Virus record (IMG/VR): IMGVR_UViG_3300033977_000108
Location: 124,001-188,000 of that record
Length of the DNA stretch: 64,000 nt
Direction: 5' to 3' (one strand)
Shown here: positions 1 to 8,049 of the stretch, one piece after another
Position numbering within the stretch: the first letter of the stretch is position 1
Layout of the letters: every line of letters begins with the position of its first letter
Program-made: the position numbers and the translations under genes
Notes under the pieces: model-generated
The model's input: only the letters and a program-made list of their open reading frames with translations
The model's database searches: none
Told to the model about the DNA's origin: nothing

Positions 1-501
1 CCAGAGAGGAGGCGTGGCATCTGTCTGATTCTGCGCGGTTATTGGAAGATTGACGCCACAATAAATTCCACCGAACAAATCAGTGGCGATTTCTACTTCC
101 TTTTCACTCTTTAGATTGACCGCGGCATAAGCTTCTAGTTTTATGCCGGCGATAGGATTATTTCTCCACCAGTTCAGCAGGTCTAAAATGACCAAGCCAT
201 CGTCATTTGGGCTCAATTCCTTGTAAATACTGACTATCTGATCTTCGGTCGGGGTCACAGGACTGCCACAGGCCGTTGTCCAAAGCTGAATCATGTGGCC
301 AATAGCCGCCAAAGTACAATCACCCAGCGTATCGTTGCCGTACATGGGCCAGCTGCTTACTTTGGTTAGCCAATCTATTGAAGACGCTGGCAAGGTCACC
401 TGTGCTTTGGCAGGCTTTATCAGTTTGGTGATATACTTGCTCAATTGCAGAGTGCGAGGGTCTATCTTCGCGGGTTTCTTACCGAGCTTACGATTAGGCA
501 T
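1..501 (-). CDS. Papain-like cysteine protease family protein, 5' part (runs off window start)
   Basis: Hand-translated, not in ORF track: MPNRKLGKKPAKIDPRTLQLSKY...SSIDWLTKVSSWPMYGNDTLGDCTLAAIGHMIQ..., open to base 1; AGGAG RBS; xDW...G(N)D..GDC resembles the papain catalytic-Cys region. Confidence 0.55.
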   Translation of the reverse strand, partial: MPNRKLGKKPAKIDPRTLQLSKYITKLIKPAKAQVTLPASSIDWLTKVSSWPMYGNDTLGDCTLAAIGHMIQLWTTACGSPVTPTEDQIVSIYKELSPNDDGLVILDLLNWWRNNPIAGIKLEAYAAVNLKSEKEVEIATDLFGGIYCGVNLPITAQNQTDATPPLW

Positions 502-520
502 ACGAACTCCTTCAAAGAAT

Positions 521-597
521 TGGTGGCGGGGACTGGATTTGAACCAGTGATTTCTTGATTATGAGCCAAGCGAGATACCAGACTTCTCTACCCCGCT
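521..597 (-). tRNA. tRNA-Met(CAT), initiator-like
   Basis: Full cloverleaf, loop CTCATAA, TTCAAAT T-loop, encoded ACCA end, A1xC72 mismatch and A11:U24 pair. Confidence 0.92.
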
Positions 598-602
598 AAA
601 AC

Positions 603-755
603 TTATTTACCTTGAAACGGAGACTGGGTGGTTCTATACGGCTTCTTGCCGCCGGCTTTGAATACACCAATCTTACCTGGGCCATCACTCTTGCCTGGGG
701 ATGGATTCTTTACAGGATTAGGGCCTTTGGCTGCCCCGGATGCTCTTGCGCCCAT
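603..755 (-). CDS. Basic Gly/Lys/Pro-rich micro-peptide, copy 5 (50 aa)
   Basis: MGARASGAAKGPNPVKNPSPGKSDGPGKIGVFKAGGKKPYRTTQSPFQGK; start refined to ATG just after upstream stop. Confidence 0.75.
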   Translation of the reverse strand: MGARASGAAKGPNPVKNPSPGKSDGPGKIGVFKAGGKKPYRTTQSPFQGK

Positions 756-756
756 G

Positions 757-885
757 TTATTTACCTTTCTTTTGATAAGGTGGCTGTGTGGTACAGTAGG
801 GCTTTTTGCCCCCGCCCTTGAACACACCTACCTTGCCAGGCCCGTCGGACTTACCTGGGCTGGGATTTTTATAGGGATTGGCCAT
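757..885 (-). CDS. Basic Gly/Lys/Pro-rich micro-peptide, copy 4 (42 aa)
   Basis: Hand-translated MANPYKNPSPGKSDGPGKVGVFKGGGKKPYCTTQPPYQKKGK; GGAGG RBS; below ORF-track cutoff. Confidence 0.8.
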   Translation of the reverse strand: MANPYKNPSPGKSDGPGKVGVFKGGGKKPYCTTQPPYQKKGK

Positions 886-896
886 TGGAGGCCTCC

Positions 897-1052
897 TTAC
901 TTGGATTTCTTCTGGAAAGGCGGAGCAGCGCCTTTGAACGCAGGCTTCTTCTCGCCTTTGCCGCCGGCCTTGAACTTGCCCACCTTGCCAGAGCCTGTGG
1001 TTTTCTTCACGGGCTTTTTCTTATCGAACTCGGATGGATTGAACATATCCAT
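897..1052 (-). CDS. Basic Gly/Lys/Pro-rich micro-peptide, copy 3 (51 aa, divergent)
   Basis: Hand-translated MDMFNPSEFDKKKPVKKTTGSGKVGKFKAGGKGEKKPAFKGAAPPFQKKSK; AAGGAG RBS. Confidence 0.75.
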   Translation of the reverse strand: MDMFNPSEFDKKKPVKKTTGSGKVGKFKAGGKGEKKPAFKGAAPPFQKKSK

Positions 1053-1072
1053 TTAGGTTCTCCTTGTTGCGT

Positions 1073-1276
1073 TTATTTGCCCTTGCCGGACTTCGTGAAG
1101 GCGCCGCGAGGCTTGAATGCCTTGGCGGGAGCCTGATTAACCGGAGGTGGCAGAGCATGCGGATCCGTGCCATGGTGTCTTCTTCCTGGCCCTGTAGCAG
1201 TTGGGTTCATGAAACTACCGACTTTCCCTGGACCATCACTTTTACCCGGGCTTGGATTCTTATAAGGATTAGACAT
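1073..1276 (-). CDS. Basic Gly/Lys/Pro-rich micro-peptide, copy 2 (67 aa)
   Basis: MSNPYKNPSPGKSDGPGKVGSFM...; shares motif with the other copies. Confidence 0.8.
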   Translation of the reverse strand: MSNPYKNPSPGKSDGPGKVGSFMNPTATGPGRRHHGTDPHALPPPVNQAPAKAFKPRGAFTKSGKGK

Positions 1277-1769
1277 GTTCGTCTCCTTTATTTTCGTATT
1301 GTTTTAGGTATTCAATCATACCTGATAATTTTCGTATGCTACTGCTGAATAGACCTTCTCCGCAGTTGCAACTAAAGCAAAGAATACCACGTATTCTGCC
1401 TGTTGCATGATCATGATCTGTTTGCCAGCCTTTTGGCCCTGGATCTGTAGTTAGACAGCCTGGATTGGCACAGCGTCTGCCTTGTCTTTCAAACAAGGCC
1501 TCCCACATTTCCTCAGATATACCATATTTCTTCTTTAACATATATCTTCGTTGTATGGAAGCATAGCCTGGCTTTCCTTTCTTTCTTTGCGCATGTATCC
1601 TATCATACGCTTTTGCTTTGTCTGGATTTTTCTTCTCCCATGACTTCTTTTGTTCGTTGCTGCATTTCTTACACCAGCATTTCAGCCCATCTGGTTTCCT
1701 TTTGTCCTTATAAAACGGACCAGGACCGCCACATTTAGGACAAATCTTCGTCTTGATGGGTTCTATCAC
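1269..1769 (-). CDS. Recombination endonuclease VII-like free-standing (homing) endonuclease
   Basis: QGRRCANPGC...TDHDHATGRIRGILCFSCN EndoVII His-Me motif; N-terminal CPKC...CWCKKC; YGISEE motif. Confidence 0.88.
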   Translation of the reverse strand: MIEPIKTKICPKCGGPGPFYKDKRKPDGLKCWCKKCSNEQKKSWEKKNPDKAKAYDRIHAQRKKGKPGYASIQRRYMLKKKYGISEEMWEALFERQGRRCANPGCLTTDPGPKGWQTDHDHATGRIRGILCFSCNCGEGLFSSSIRKLSGMIEYLKQYENKGDEHV

Positions 1770-1951
1770 TAGTTTATCTTTTTCCCAGTTCTTTGTGGCA
1801 TTGCATGAGGATCTCCAGACGGATAAGAATGTCTCAAACCAGGACCTTCTTTCCTTACCTTGCCAGGATTAGGGCCTTTCATGAACGTACCGATGTGCCC
1901 AGAGCCCTCGCCCTTGCCAGATGGCTGGGGATTCTTGTATGGATTCGGCAT
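1769..1951 (-). CDS. Basic Gly/Lys/Pro-rich micro-peptide, copy 1 (60 aa)
   Basis: MPNPYKNPQPSGKGEGSGHIGTFMKGPNPG...GDPHAMP; start refined using GAGG RBS. Confidence 0.75.
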   Translation of the reverse strand: MPNPYKNPQPSGKGEGSGHIGTFMKGPNPGKVRKEGPGLRHSYPSGDPHAMPQRTGKKIN

Positions 1952-1965
1952 TTTAGTCCTCTCTA

Positions 1966-2349
1966 TTATGCAGTCACTGACAGCTCGCAAACTGCGTCAA
2001 CAACCTTAGACGACAGTGGGCCTTCTATTACTGTCAATGGCTCCAACTCATGCGGACCTGAAGATACGAGCACATCTTGGGCCGGCATTGTAGCAGTGAC
2101 GATGACGTTTTCGGTCGGTGCCAGAGCATTGACTGTCACTGTAGTTGAAGCATAAGCAGCGCCAGCTTGGCCTGCTGTACCGCTAAGGGTTAGCGAAGCA
2201 GGCACTGGGACATTGGTCGGGTCCGAACTGGTCAGGCTTACAACCAACGAGCTTACGGGCCAATAATCCAAAGTAACGCCTGCGGTCAAGATAAACGCGC
2301 CGCCGGCTGTAACAGAGGCATTATTAGAAACAAGTGTAAAGTTGAACAT
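1966..2349 (-). CDS. Beta-rich Ig-like domain protein
   Basis: Thr/Val/Ala/Ser-rich alternating strands (VSLTSSDPTNVPVPASLTL...TTVTVNA); GGAGGAAG RBS. Confidence 0.5.
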   Translation of the reverse strand: MFNFTLVSNNASVTAGGAFILTAGVTLDYWPVSSLVVSLTSSDPTNVPVPASLTLSGTAGQAGAAYASTTVTVNALAPTENVIVTATMPAQDVLVSSGPHELEPLTVIEGPLSSKVVDAVCELSVTA

Positions 2350-2390
2350 ACTTCCTCCTGATTGAAGAATTCTGATCTAATTCCTAAACT

Positions 2391-2466
2391 TGGTGGATCC
2401 TGATGGCTCTGCCCCATCCGCCTCCTGGGTGCAAGCCAGGCGTTCTCCTGAATGAACTAAGGACCC
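2391..2466 (-). tRNA. tRNA-Ala(TGC) with non-canonical T-loop
   Basis: GGGTCCT/AGGATCC acceptor with G3:U70, D-stem GTTC/GAAC, CCTGG-CTTGCAC-CCAGG, T-stem GATGG/CCATC with loop GGCAGAG, ACCA end. Confidence 0.85.
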
Positions 2467-2470
2467 ACGA

Positions 2471-2902
2471 TTACCACACCATCCTGACGGCAAAGCCGAA
2501 TCCAGGATAGAGTGTATTATACATGAAGCAAGGTGAACCATCGTCTGGGCAGTCAATCCAATAGAAATCAAATTGGCTCCACCAGCCTATGGGGAACCAC
2601 CATAACGGCCATGGAGGGCCAACAAAGAACCAACGGCCACCATAGAAGAAACGATAGCTGCGACCAACAGCTATGACGCGGCTGGGCCGGAATGTATGGC
2701 CTTTGCCTAAATAGCTTGCGCGCCAGGCAGGCGTGAAGCTGCGTCTGTATGTAGGATGTGGAACCCTTGTTACCCCAGAGGTTCTCACTGCTCCTGAACT
2801 ATGAACAGCTGGTCTGGCTCCGCTTTCTCTTCCGCCCCGCTGGCTAAACGTAGGGGCAGTGCAGAGAAACAAAGCCAATAAAAGCATGACAATTGTTTTC
2901 AT
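2471..2902 (-). CDS. Exported Arg/Gly- and Trp/Tyr/Phe-rich protein
   Basis: Signal-peptide-like MKTIVMLLLALFLCTAPTFS; GGAGG RBS. Confidence 0.65.
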   Translation of the reverse strand: MKTIVMLLLALFLCTAPTFSQRGGRESGARPAVHSSGAVRTSGVTRVPHPTYRRSFTPAWRASYLGKGHTFRPSRVIAVGRSYRFFYGGRWFFVGPPWPLWWFPIGWWSQFDFYWIDCPDDGSPCFMYNTLYPGFGFAVRMVW

Positions 2903-2945
2903 ATTTGCCTCCTCCGTCCTATTAGATGCCAAAGCAGGGCCTTGG

Positions 2946-3242
2946 TTACACTCTCAATCCTTCTATGGGGCCTTTCAGGTCACCCATAGTCAGCATAAAT
3001 CGCAGCACGCAATCCAAAACGCCTGACCAAGGAGCTCTCTTCTCCTCGGTCCGCCAATGAAAAGCCGGCTCATCGGGAAAAAGCAGATACATAATACCAG
3101 AACAGACATATAAAGATTGCCCATCTAGCTTCTGTATCAGGTTATTCTGCACTATTAGCTGACGAACCTTTTCGTGGTCCTGATTCCAGATGTCCATGTG
3201 ACTGATATTGAACAATGACCGAGGGGGCAAAACCAATCCCAT
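2946..3242 (-). CDS. Hypothetical protein
   Basis: ORF in packed minus-strand series with AGGAG RBS. Confidence 0.6.
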   Translation of the reverse strand: MGLVLPPRSLFNISHMDIWNQDHEKVRQLIVQNNLIQKLDGQSLYVCSGIMYLLFPDEPAFHWRTEEKRAPWSGVLDCVLRFMLTMGDLKGPIEGLRV

Positions 3243-3276
3243 GCGACACTCCTAGAGTAGGACGCAGGCCGAGAGC

Positions 3277-3561
3277 TTACTTCTTTGTTTCCAAAGACTT
3301 TATCTTTGCCTCTAAATCGGCAATGACTTTCTTTAAGTCGGCGATGACCTTTTCGTAATCGGACTTCAGCTTTGCAATCGTCTTCTCGTAATCGGCCACC
3401 AACTTGCCGCGCAATGCCGCTTCCTCGGCCCTGATTTTCGTTACCTCGGCCTTTACTCTTGCTTCAAAATCCTCTTCCAGTTGTTTCAAAGATACATGCT
3501 TCACACAGGCAACAATCACTGCCAATGCTAACAACACTGCCAAAGTGGTAATCCAAAACAT
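3277..3561 (-). CDS. Membrane-anchored coiled-coil protein (spanin-like architecture)
   Basis: N-terminal TM helix followed by heptad repeats DYEKTIAKLKSDYEKVIADL. Confidence 0.6.
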   Translation of the reverse strand: MFWITTLAVLLALAVIVACVKHVSLKQLEEDFEARVKAEVTKIRAEEAALRGKLVADYEKTIAKLKSDYEKVIADLKKVIADLEAKIKSLETKK

Positions 3562-3654
3562 GATAAACCTCTCTATTTCATGGGTTTCAGGTATCCTCTC
3601 CTGGTTAGTATAGCCGGAAAGGAGGGCCTGTTCTTACCTAACTCCGCGACTTTA

Positions 3655-3684
3655 ATCCTACCATATAACCGAACTCTATGGCAA
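3655..3684 (-). promoter_or_regulatory. Possible sigma70-type promoter
   Basis: TTGCCA-18 nt-TAGGAT with extended TGn in an intergenic gap. Confidence 0.3.
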
Positions 3685-3699
3685 GTAGCAAAATGATTA

Positions 3700-4881
3700 T
3701 TACGATGGTGGCGTGGATAAGGAAGGCATGCATCCTTCCTGGTTAGTATGGTTGCTTTGTCTTCCTTGTTCCACGGCTGCCTTATTGCGTAAAGCAGCCA
3801 TGATTTCATCGTAAAGTCTTTGGCACTCGCGCACTTCTATTTTCAAGGCGCGGGCGATGTCTCTAAATGGCTGCTCTATCATAAAGCGCGCATATAAGAT
3901 GTAGCGCTCAGAAGGGGACATCGAACGGAATATAGGATCCGCTGTATGATGCACCCAATTTATATCCATCTCATTCAAATCAAAGGATTTATTTATAAGG
4001 CTGAGGTCAGCTGCCCAAGCCTGACCTCGTGTATCTTGTAATTCGCCGCCGGCATCTGGGATTAGGCGTTCGTTTGGTAAGTCTTCATTGTCTATGTTCC
4101 CTGGTCGGTGATCCAATTGCATCAATCCATAGCCTACATCGGTTCCTTTTGCTTCTATGTCAAACAAAGACCGCTCTATAAAATCCTTTAGAAAGTACCT
4201 GAACCATCTCTGTACGACATAGACAAAGCCTATGGGCCCTTTTCCATACTTCTTTGGGCGGGGCGGCCATCTATGTTCCACCTTTTGATAACTGACTACC
4301 GTTTTCCGCTCTCTTTTTGCGGCCAGCAGACCATCGCGGCTAAGCAGGCGAATATACTTAGTACAATCGAACCCAAGTTTAGCACTGATTTCTCTTGGAA
4401 TGACCAGTTCTTCATTTTTGAGCCCATTGATTAGATTAATTACCCTCCCTAATTTATTTGAGTAATGCGGGTCGTACTTCCTAATGGCCCTCAAAAGACA
4501 GGTAACAAGTATTTCATAAATATCATCGGTATCCTGCTCCTTAAAGGCCAGATGCAGGAACTTGGCTGCCATAAACAAGGAGGCCCTATTGACTTTGTCC
4601 TTGCTGTTGATAAAGAACTTGAGAAACGCTATGGTATCACGGTTCCAACCATAAGGGGTAGAGGCCAGATGCCCGCGCGTAATCATGTCTAAGTACTTCA
4701 TCAAATAAGAATGAAAACAACGAATCAACTCGAATAGCCGCTCTTCACGCGCAGGGCCGTCCTCCATTAGGGCATACTCTAAGCCAAGCTGATTGATGTG
4801 TTTCACATCATTGAACTGATCAAACTTGAGTATCTCCCATTTGGCGGCATAATGCCAACTGCTAAGGGTTCGCCTGCGCAT
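3700..4881 (-). CDS. Phage sigma70-like transcription factor with internal insertion
   Basis: Region-2-like DIYEILVTCLLRAIRKYDP; region-4 HTH MSPSERYILYARF...FRDIARALKI...CQRLYDEIMAALR. Confidence 0.65.
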   Translation of the reverse strand: MRRRTLSSWHYAAKWEILKFDQFNDVKHINQLGLEYALMEDGPAREERLFELIRCFHSYLMKYLDMITRGHLASTPYGWNRDTIAFLKFFINSKDKVNRASLFMAAKFLHLAFKEQDTDDIYEILVTCLLRAIRKYDPHYSNKLGRVINLINGLKNEELVIPREISAKLGFDCTKYIRLLSRDGLLAAKRERKTVVSYQKVEHRWPPRPKKYGKGPIGFVYVVQRWFRYFLKDFIERSLFDIEAKGTDVGYGLMQLDHRPGNIDNEDLPNERLIPDAGGELQDTRGQAWAADLSLINKSFDLNEMDINWVHHTADPIFRSMSPSERYILYARFMIEQPFRDIARALKIEVRECQRLYDEIMAALRNKAAVEQGRQSNHTNQEGCMPSLSTPPS

Positions 4882-4888
4882 AAAGTCC

Positions 4889-5482
4889 TTATTTATTCAT
4901 TTTATCAATCACATCCCGTTGGAATGCTGTCAAATCCTTATCCCAGCCAAGATAAGCTCTGCCGATACGGCTCAATACATACGCGTCTGCCTCATTGTCA
5001 TCCGTTAAGTCAACATTCCATCGCTTATAGACTTCTTTCAAGATCAATGATTTCTGGGCGGTGCCTGTCCCAGTGCAGAACTTCTTCACCATTGTTGGCG
5101 GCACCAAAAGGAATTTTATACCATGCTCCCACAGCCAATGCCGGACCAAATAACCTAAACCAGCTATTTGGAATAATGAACTGCCTTTGCTGGAGAAAGA
5201 GAAGTCTTCTATGATTACCAGCGTCTCGTTGATATTGAGTTCGCTGGTCTGCGGCAGACTGGCATCTTCTTCCGAATGACTAACATGGAAAAAAGGGACC
5301 TGCGTCAGATCCAGTAGTTTAGAAATCTCTTTTAGGATGTGATCCATGCGTTCAAGGCCTTCCAGCTTACCTGGCTCAATGATCCCCACCCTTGTGACTA
5401 GATTGCTGGTAGCACACCAGCCGGTTCCTGTCAAACTTAAATCCAAGCCTAAAACACGATTAGGTTGTTTCATGATTGCCAT
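4889..5482 (-). CDS. ruvC: RuvC-like Holliday junction resolvase
   Basis: VLGLDLSLTGTGW, IIED, VKKF.TG.G.A.K, DDNEADA motifs. Confidence 0.85.
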   Translation of the reverse strand: MAIMKQPNRVLGLDLSLTGTGWCATSNLVTRVGIIEPGKLEGLERMDHILKEISKLLDLTQVPFFHVSHSEEDASLPQTSELNINETLVIIEDFSFSSKGSSLFQIAGLGYLVRHWLWEHGIKFLLVPPTMVKKFCTGTGTAQKSLILKEVYKRWNVDLTDDNEADAYVLSRIGRAYLGWDKDLTAFQRDVIDKMNK

Positions 5483-5964
5483 AATCCTTTACCTTTGGGT
5501 TGTTTGGCGATAGTTTCCTCTATCGTTAGCGGCTTCTTTCCTGTCCGCGCCTCCTCCATGATATCAATGAGGTCTTTCACATCACTACGGCGAAAATCCA
5601 TGGGCGTCCAATACCAACCGCCGCCGAGCATGGGTGAGTTCTTCATTATAGGCCGTGTCTTTTCCAACATTTCAGCAAGCCGTTTATATTTCGTATCTCC
5701 AGCCGGCCGCAACTCGGAGATAATGTTCAACATATAGTTCAAGTCCTTATCTTTCAATCTAATATGGACACGCACTACGGTGGGTATACGGCGTTTACCA
5801 CTCTCGATGATCCCAGCTTCTGGGTCAAAGGCGGCGCTGAAATCAATAACAGAAATCTCCTCTCGTACTACTGGATGTGTCGGATGATAATACTGGGCAT
5901 ACCATTTCTTGAGCTCGGCCAGAATACGGTCGCAGTCGCCCGCGAACCACAATGGTTTAGACAT
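5470..5964 (-). CDS. Hypothetical protein
   Basis: Coupled ORF overlapping both neighbours. Confidence 0.65.
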   Translation of the reverse strand: MSKPLWFAGDCDRILAELKKWYAQYYHPTHPVVREEISVIDFSAAFDPEAGIIESGKRRIPTVVRVHIRLKDKDLNYMLNIISELRPAGDTKYKRLAEMLEKTRPIMKNSPMLGGGWYWTPMDFRRSDVKDLIDIMEEARTGKKPLTIEETIAKQPKGKGLWQS

Positions 5965-6520
5965 TATCCCACCCTGATAGCTTTATTCGGCGAAGGTCTC
6001 CGGGGAATATCTGATAGATAGGCTTACCCTTCTCCGTCGCGGCTTCCACGCAGTTATAAGTACCGCTTCCAGTGGATTGACCCACATTATTATAGCTATA
6101 CCTTGAGCCGCTCCATACAGCCACTAGGACATCGCAGGCGTCAATTAGGACAAGATTGCGCTTCTGCATTTGGTTCAGTTCCTTGGCATAGGGGCGGGGG
6201 TCAACCAGAATTGTTTTATAGCATTTACTTAGGATATTCGTATACTGCAGCTGGGCAGATTGTGGCCAGACACACTCTTGGTCTTTACAGGGAATGACAG
6301 CGATTACTTTGACGCCCATTTCCAGCGCGACCTCTGCAGCCCACTGATCTACTCCTAACGCCATGCCGGTGAATAAGAAATCATGTTCAGGGTCTTTGAA
6401 CAGTTCCTGAAACAATTCTTTGAGTGCCTGTTTTATAGGCTTGCACCTATTTGTTTTATTATTATAGCCCCCCACTGGGGAGTGCTTCCCCGGGCGGTGT
6501 CCCGCGATGCTCACCCTCAT
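5957..6520 (-). CDS. YspA/DUF1273-type SLOG family protein
   Basis: SIAGHRP, TGMALGVDQWAAE, RN..LID..DVLVAVW, GT..CV..A motifs. Confidence 0.85.
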   Translation of the reverse strand: MRVSIAGHRPGKHSPVGGYNNKTNRCKPIKQALKELFQELFKDPEHDFLFTGMALGVDQWAAEVALEMGVKVIAVIPCKDQECVWPQSAQLQYTNILSKCYKTILVDPRPYAKELNQMQKRNLVLIDACDVLVAVWSGSRYSYNNVGQSTGSGTYNCVEAATEKGKPIYQIFPGDLRRIKLSGWDNV

Positions 6521-6962
6521 TCTTTAGCTCCTTGAATGTGATTTCCATCTCATGTTCCGGCGGCCTGGGCCAAAACCTTGTCCTGGTCCTTCGGCGGCCG
6601 GATTTGAGCTTCCAAATACTGCAGATACCTAGGATGATCTGTTTATTGCTAGCGCTGTCATCCCAGTCATCTTCGCTCGGCGACGCATCATAGGTATCAG
6701 GATGCGTATGTATGTCGCCAAGGAAAGCCATACCAAAATCACTGGCTTCCTGTTTTGACCTGTTCATGACCGCGGCGTCATAAGTAATTGAGTCGCGTGT
6801 TGCTTCGTGCTCCAAGTCCTGTAGCACCTTGATGTTGATTGTGGAATCCTCTATATTACCCCAGACGGCTTCGGCATACTCCTTAGGATAGGCTTTGAGG
6901 GCCCGCCTTATGAACCCCTTTAGCACTCGCTTGTCAATCATTATCCTAAGTTTGTCGGGCAT
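6462..6962 (-). CDS. JAB/MPN domain metalloprotease (Mov34-like)
   Basis: YPKE...GDIHTHPD...SPSEDD = E...HxH...S..D JAMM motif. Confidence 0.85.
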   Translation of the reverse strand: MPDKLRIMIDKRVLKGFIRRALKAYPKEYAEAVWGNIEDSTINIKVLQDLEHEATRDSITYDAAVMNRSKQEASDFGMAFLGDIHTHPDTYDASPSEDDWDDSASNKQIILGICSIWKLKSGRRRTRTRFWPRPPEHEMEITFKELKNEGEHRGTPPGEALPSGGL

Positions 6963-7071
6963 AAGAGATCCTAATAGATTTCTTTGATATTAAAGGCGCT
7001 GGCACATTCTCCGTGCTTGAATGATAATGCCATATTTATCAGTCACATAGCGGTCTTTTCTGCTTCAACCA

Positions 7072-8049
7072 TTAGCTTAACTCATAGAAATTAGATAGGT
7101 TAACATTCGTCCTGCCCGTCTCCCTATCTTGAAAGAAGAGCGTATAACCCTTCACAGCCGGCCGGGCGCCAGGCATTCTTGGGTCGCTGGCGTATTCAGG
7201 GGTCATGGCCAGGCAGCCCATTTCAAAGGCTACCACGCCATAATCGCACCATACTTTACCGGCTTGGTGCGTATGGCCGGCGCCCACCACACGGAATTCC
7301 TGCAAGCCCAAAGGAGCGCGATACCGCATAAGATAAGACACAAATTCTGTGGCTACCTTATTTGGTATCTTGGAGAACTTCTCCGGGTGTCCGAGAACCA
7401 AGTCCCCGCGCTGCCAAATCCAATTCCATTCGGCGTAGCCATCGGAAATAGGCTTGGCCACCTTTACATGTGGCATTTTCAGCTTATCCACAATAGCAGC
7501 CAAAGGATTTAGAGCATTCTCATTCAGATAAAGCAAGGCTTCCAGTTCATAGCCTTGGATACCCCGTCCCATCAGGTGCTTCTTTAGCCGGTCGTCGTGA
7601 TTGCCGGGCATAATGATAACTTCGGGGAAGGCTTCGGCAATCGCCGTGATGACGGTTGCTGTCCCGATCATTTCCTCCACCGCTGTGAATTTCTGTGCGC
7701 GGTGCGGATAGCGCGAAAAGGCATACAGATCTGATACATCGCCAACGACGACACAAGTATCGACTTTGCCCCTGTTTGTTTCTATCGTATACCGGAACCT
7801 ATCTTCATCATGGTAGGGCACATGCAAATCATTGATAGCCAATATGCGATTGTATTGGTCTGCGTGTTCCACAATCGGCGGATGGATTGGCTTATAATTC
7901 TTCCAGCCTATCCAACTGTGGACGGCGGACATCGCTTGGTCAAAATCCATAGTGTAGATGTCCTTTATGTTGGACGTGAACCGTCCGTTGCTGTCGCGTA
8001 GCGGCTTTACCGCTTCTTTCGTGCTAACTTTGGATGGTTTTTGAACCAT
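7072..8049 (-). CDS. Calcineurin-like metallophosphoesterase
   Basis: NDLHVP, VVVGDVSD, PGNHD, GHTH motifs. Confidence 0.85.
   Translation of the reverse strand: MVQKPSKVSTKEAVKPLRDSNGRFTSNIKDIYTMDFDQAMSAVHSWIGWKNYKPIHPPIVEHADQYNRILAINDLHVPYHDEDRFRYTIETNRGKVDTCVVVGDVSDLYAFSRYPHRAQKFTAVEEMIGTATVITAIAEAFPEVIIMPGNHDDRLKKHLMGRGIQGYELEALLYLNENALNPLAAIVDKLKMPHVKVAKPISDGYAEWNWIWQRGDLVLGHPEKFSKIPNKVATEFVSYLMRYRAPLGLQEFRVVGAGHTHQAGKVWCDYGVVAFEMGCLAMTPEYASDPRMPGARPAVKGYTLFFQDRETGRTNVNLSNFYELS

Noticed and set aside
7484-7492. TTATCCACA DnaA box
   Set aside because: Isolated and inside a coding sequence; expected by chance.
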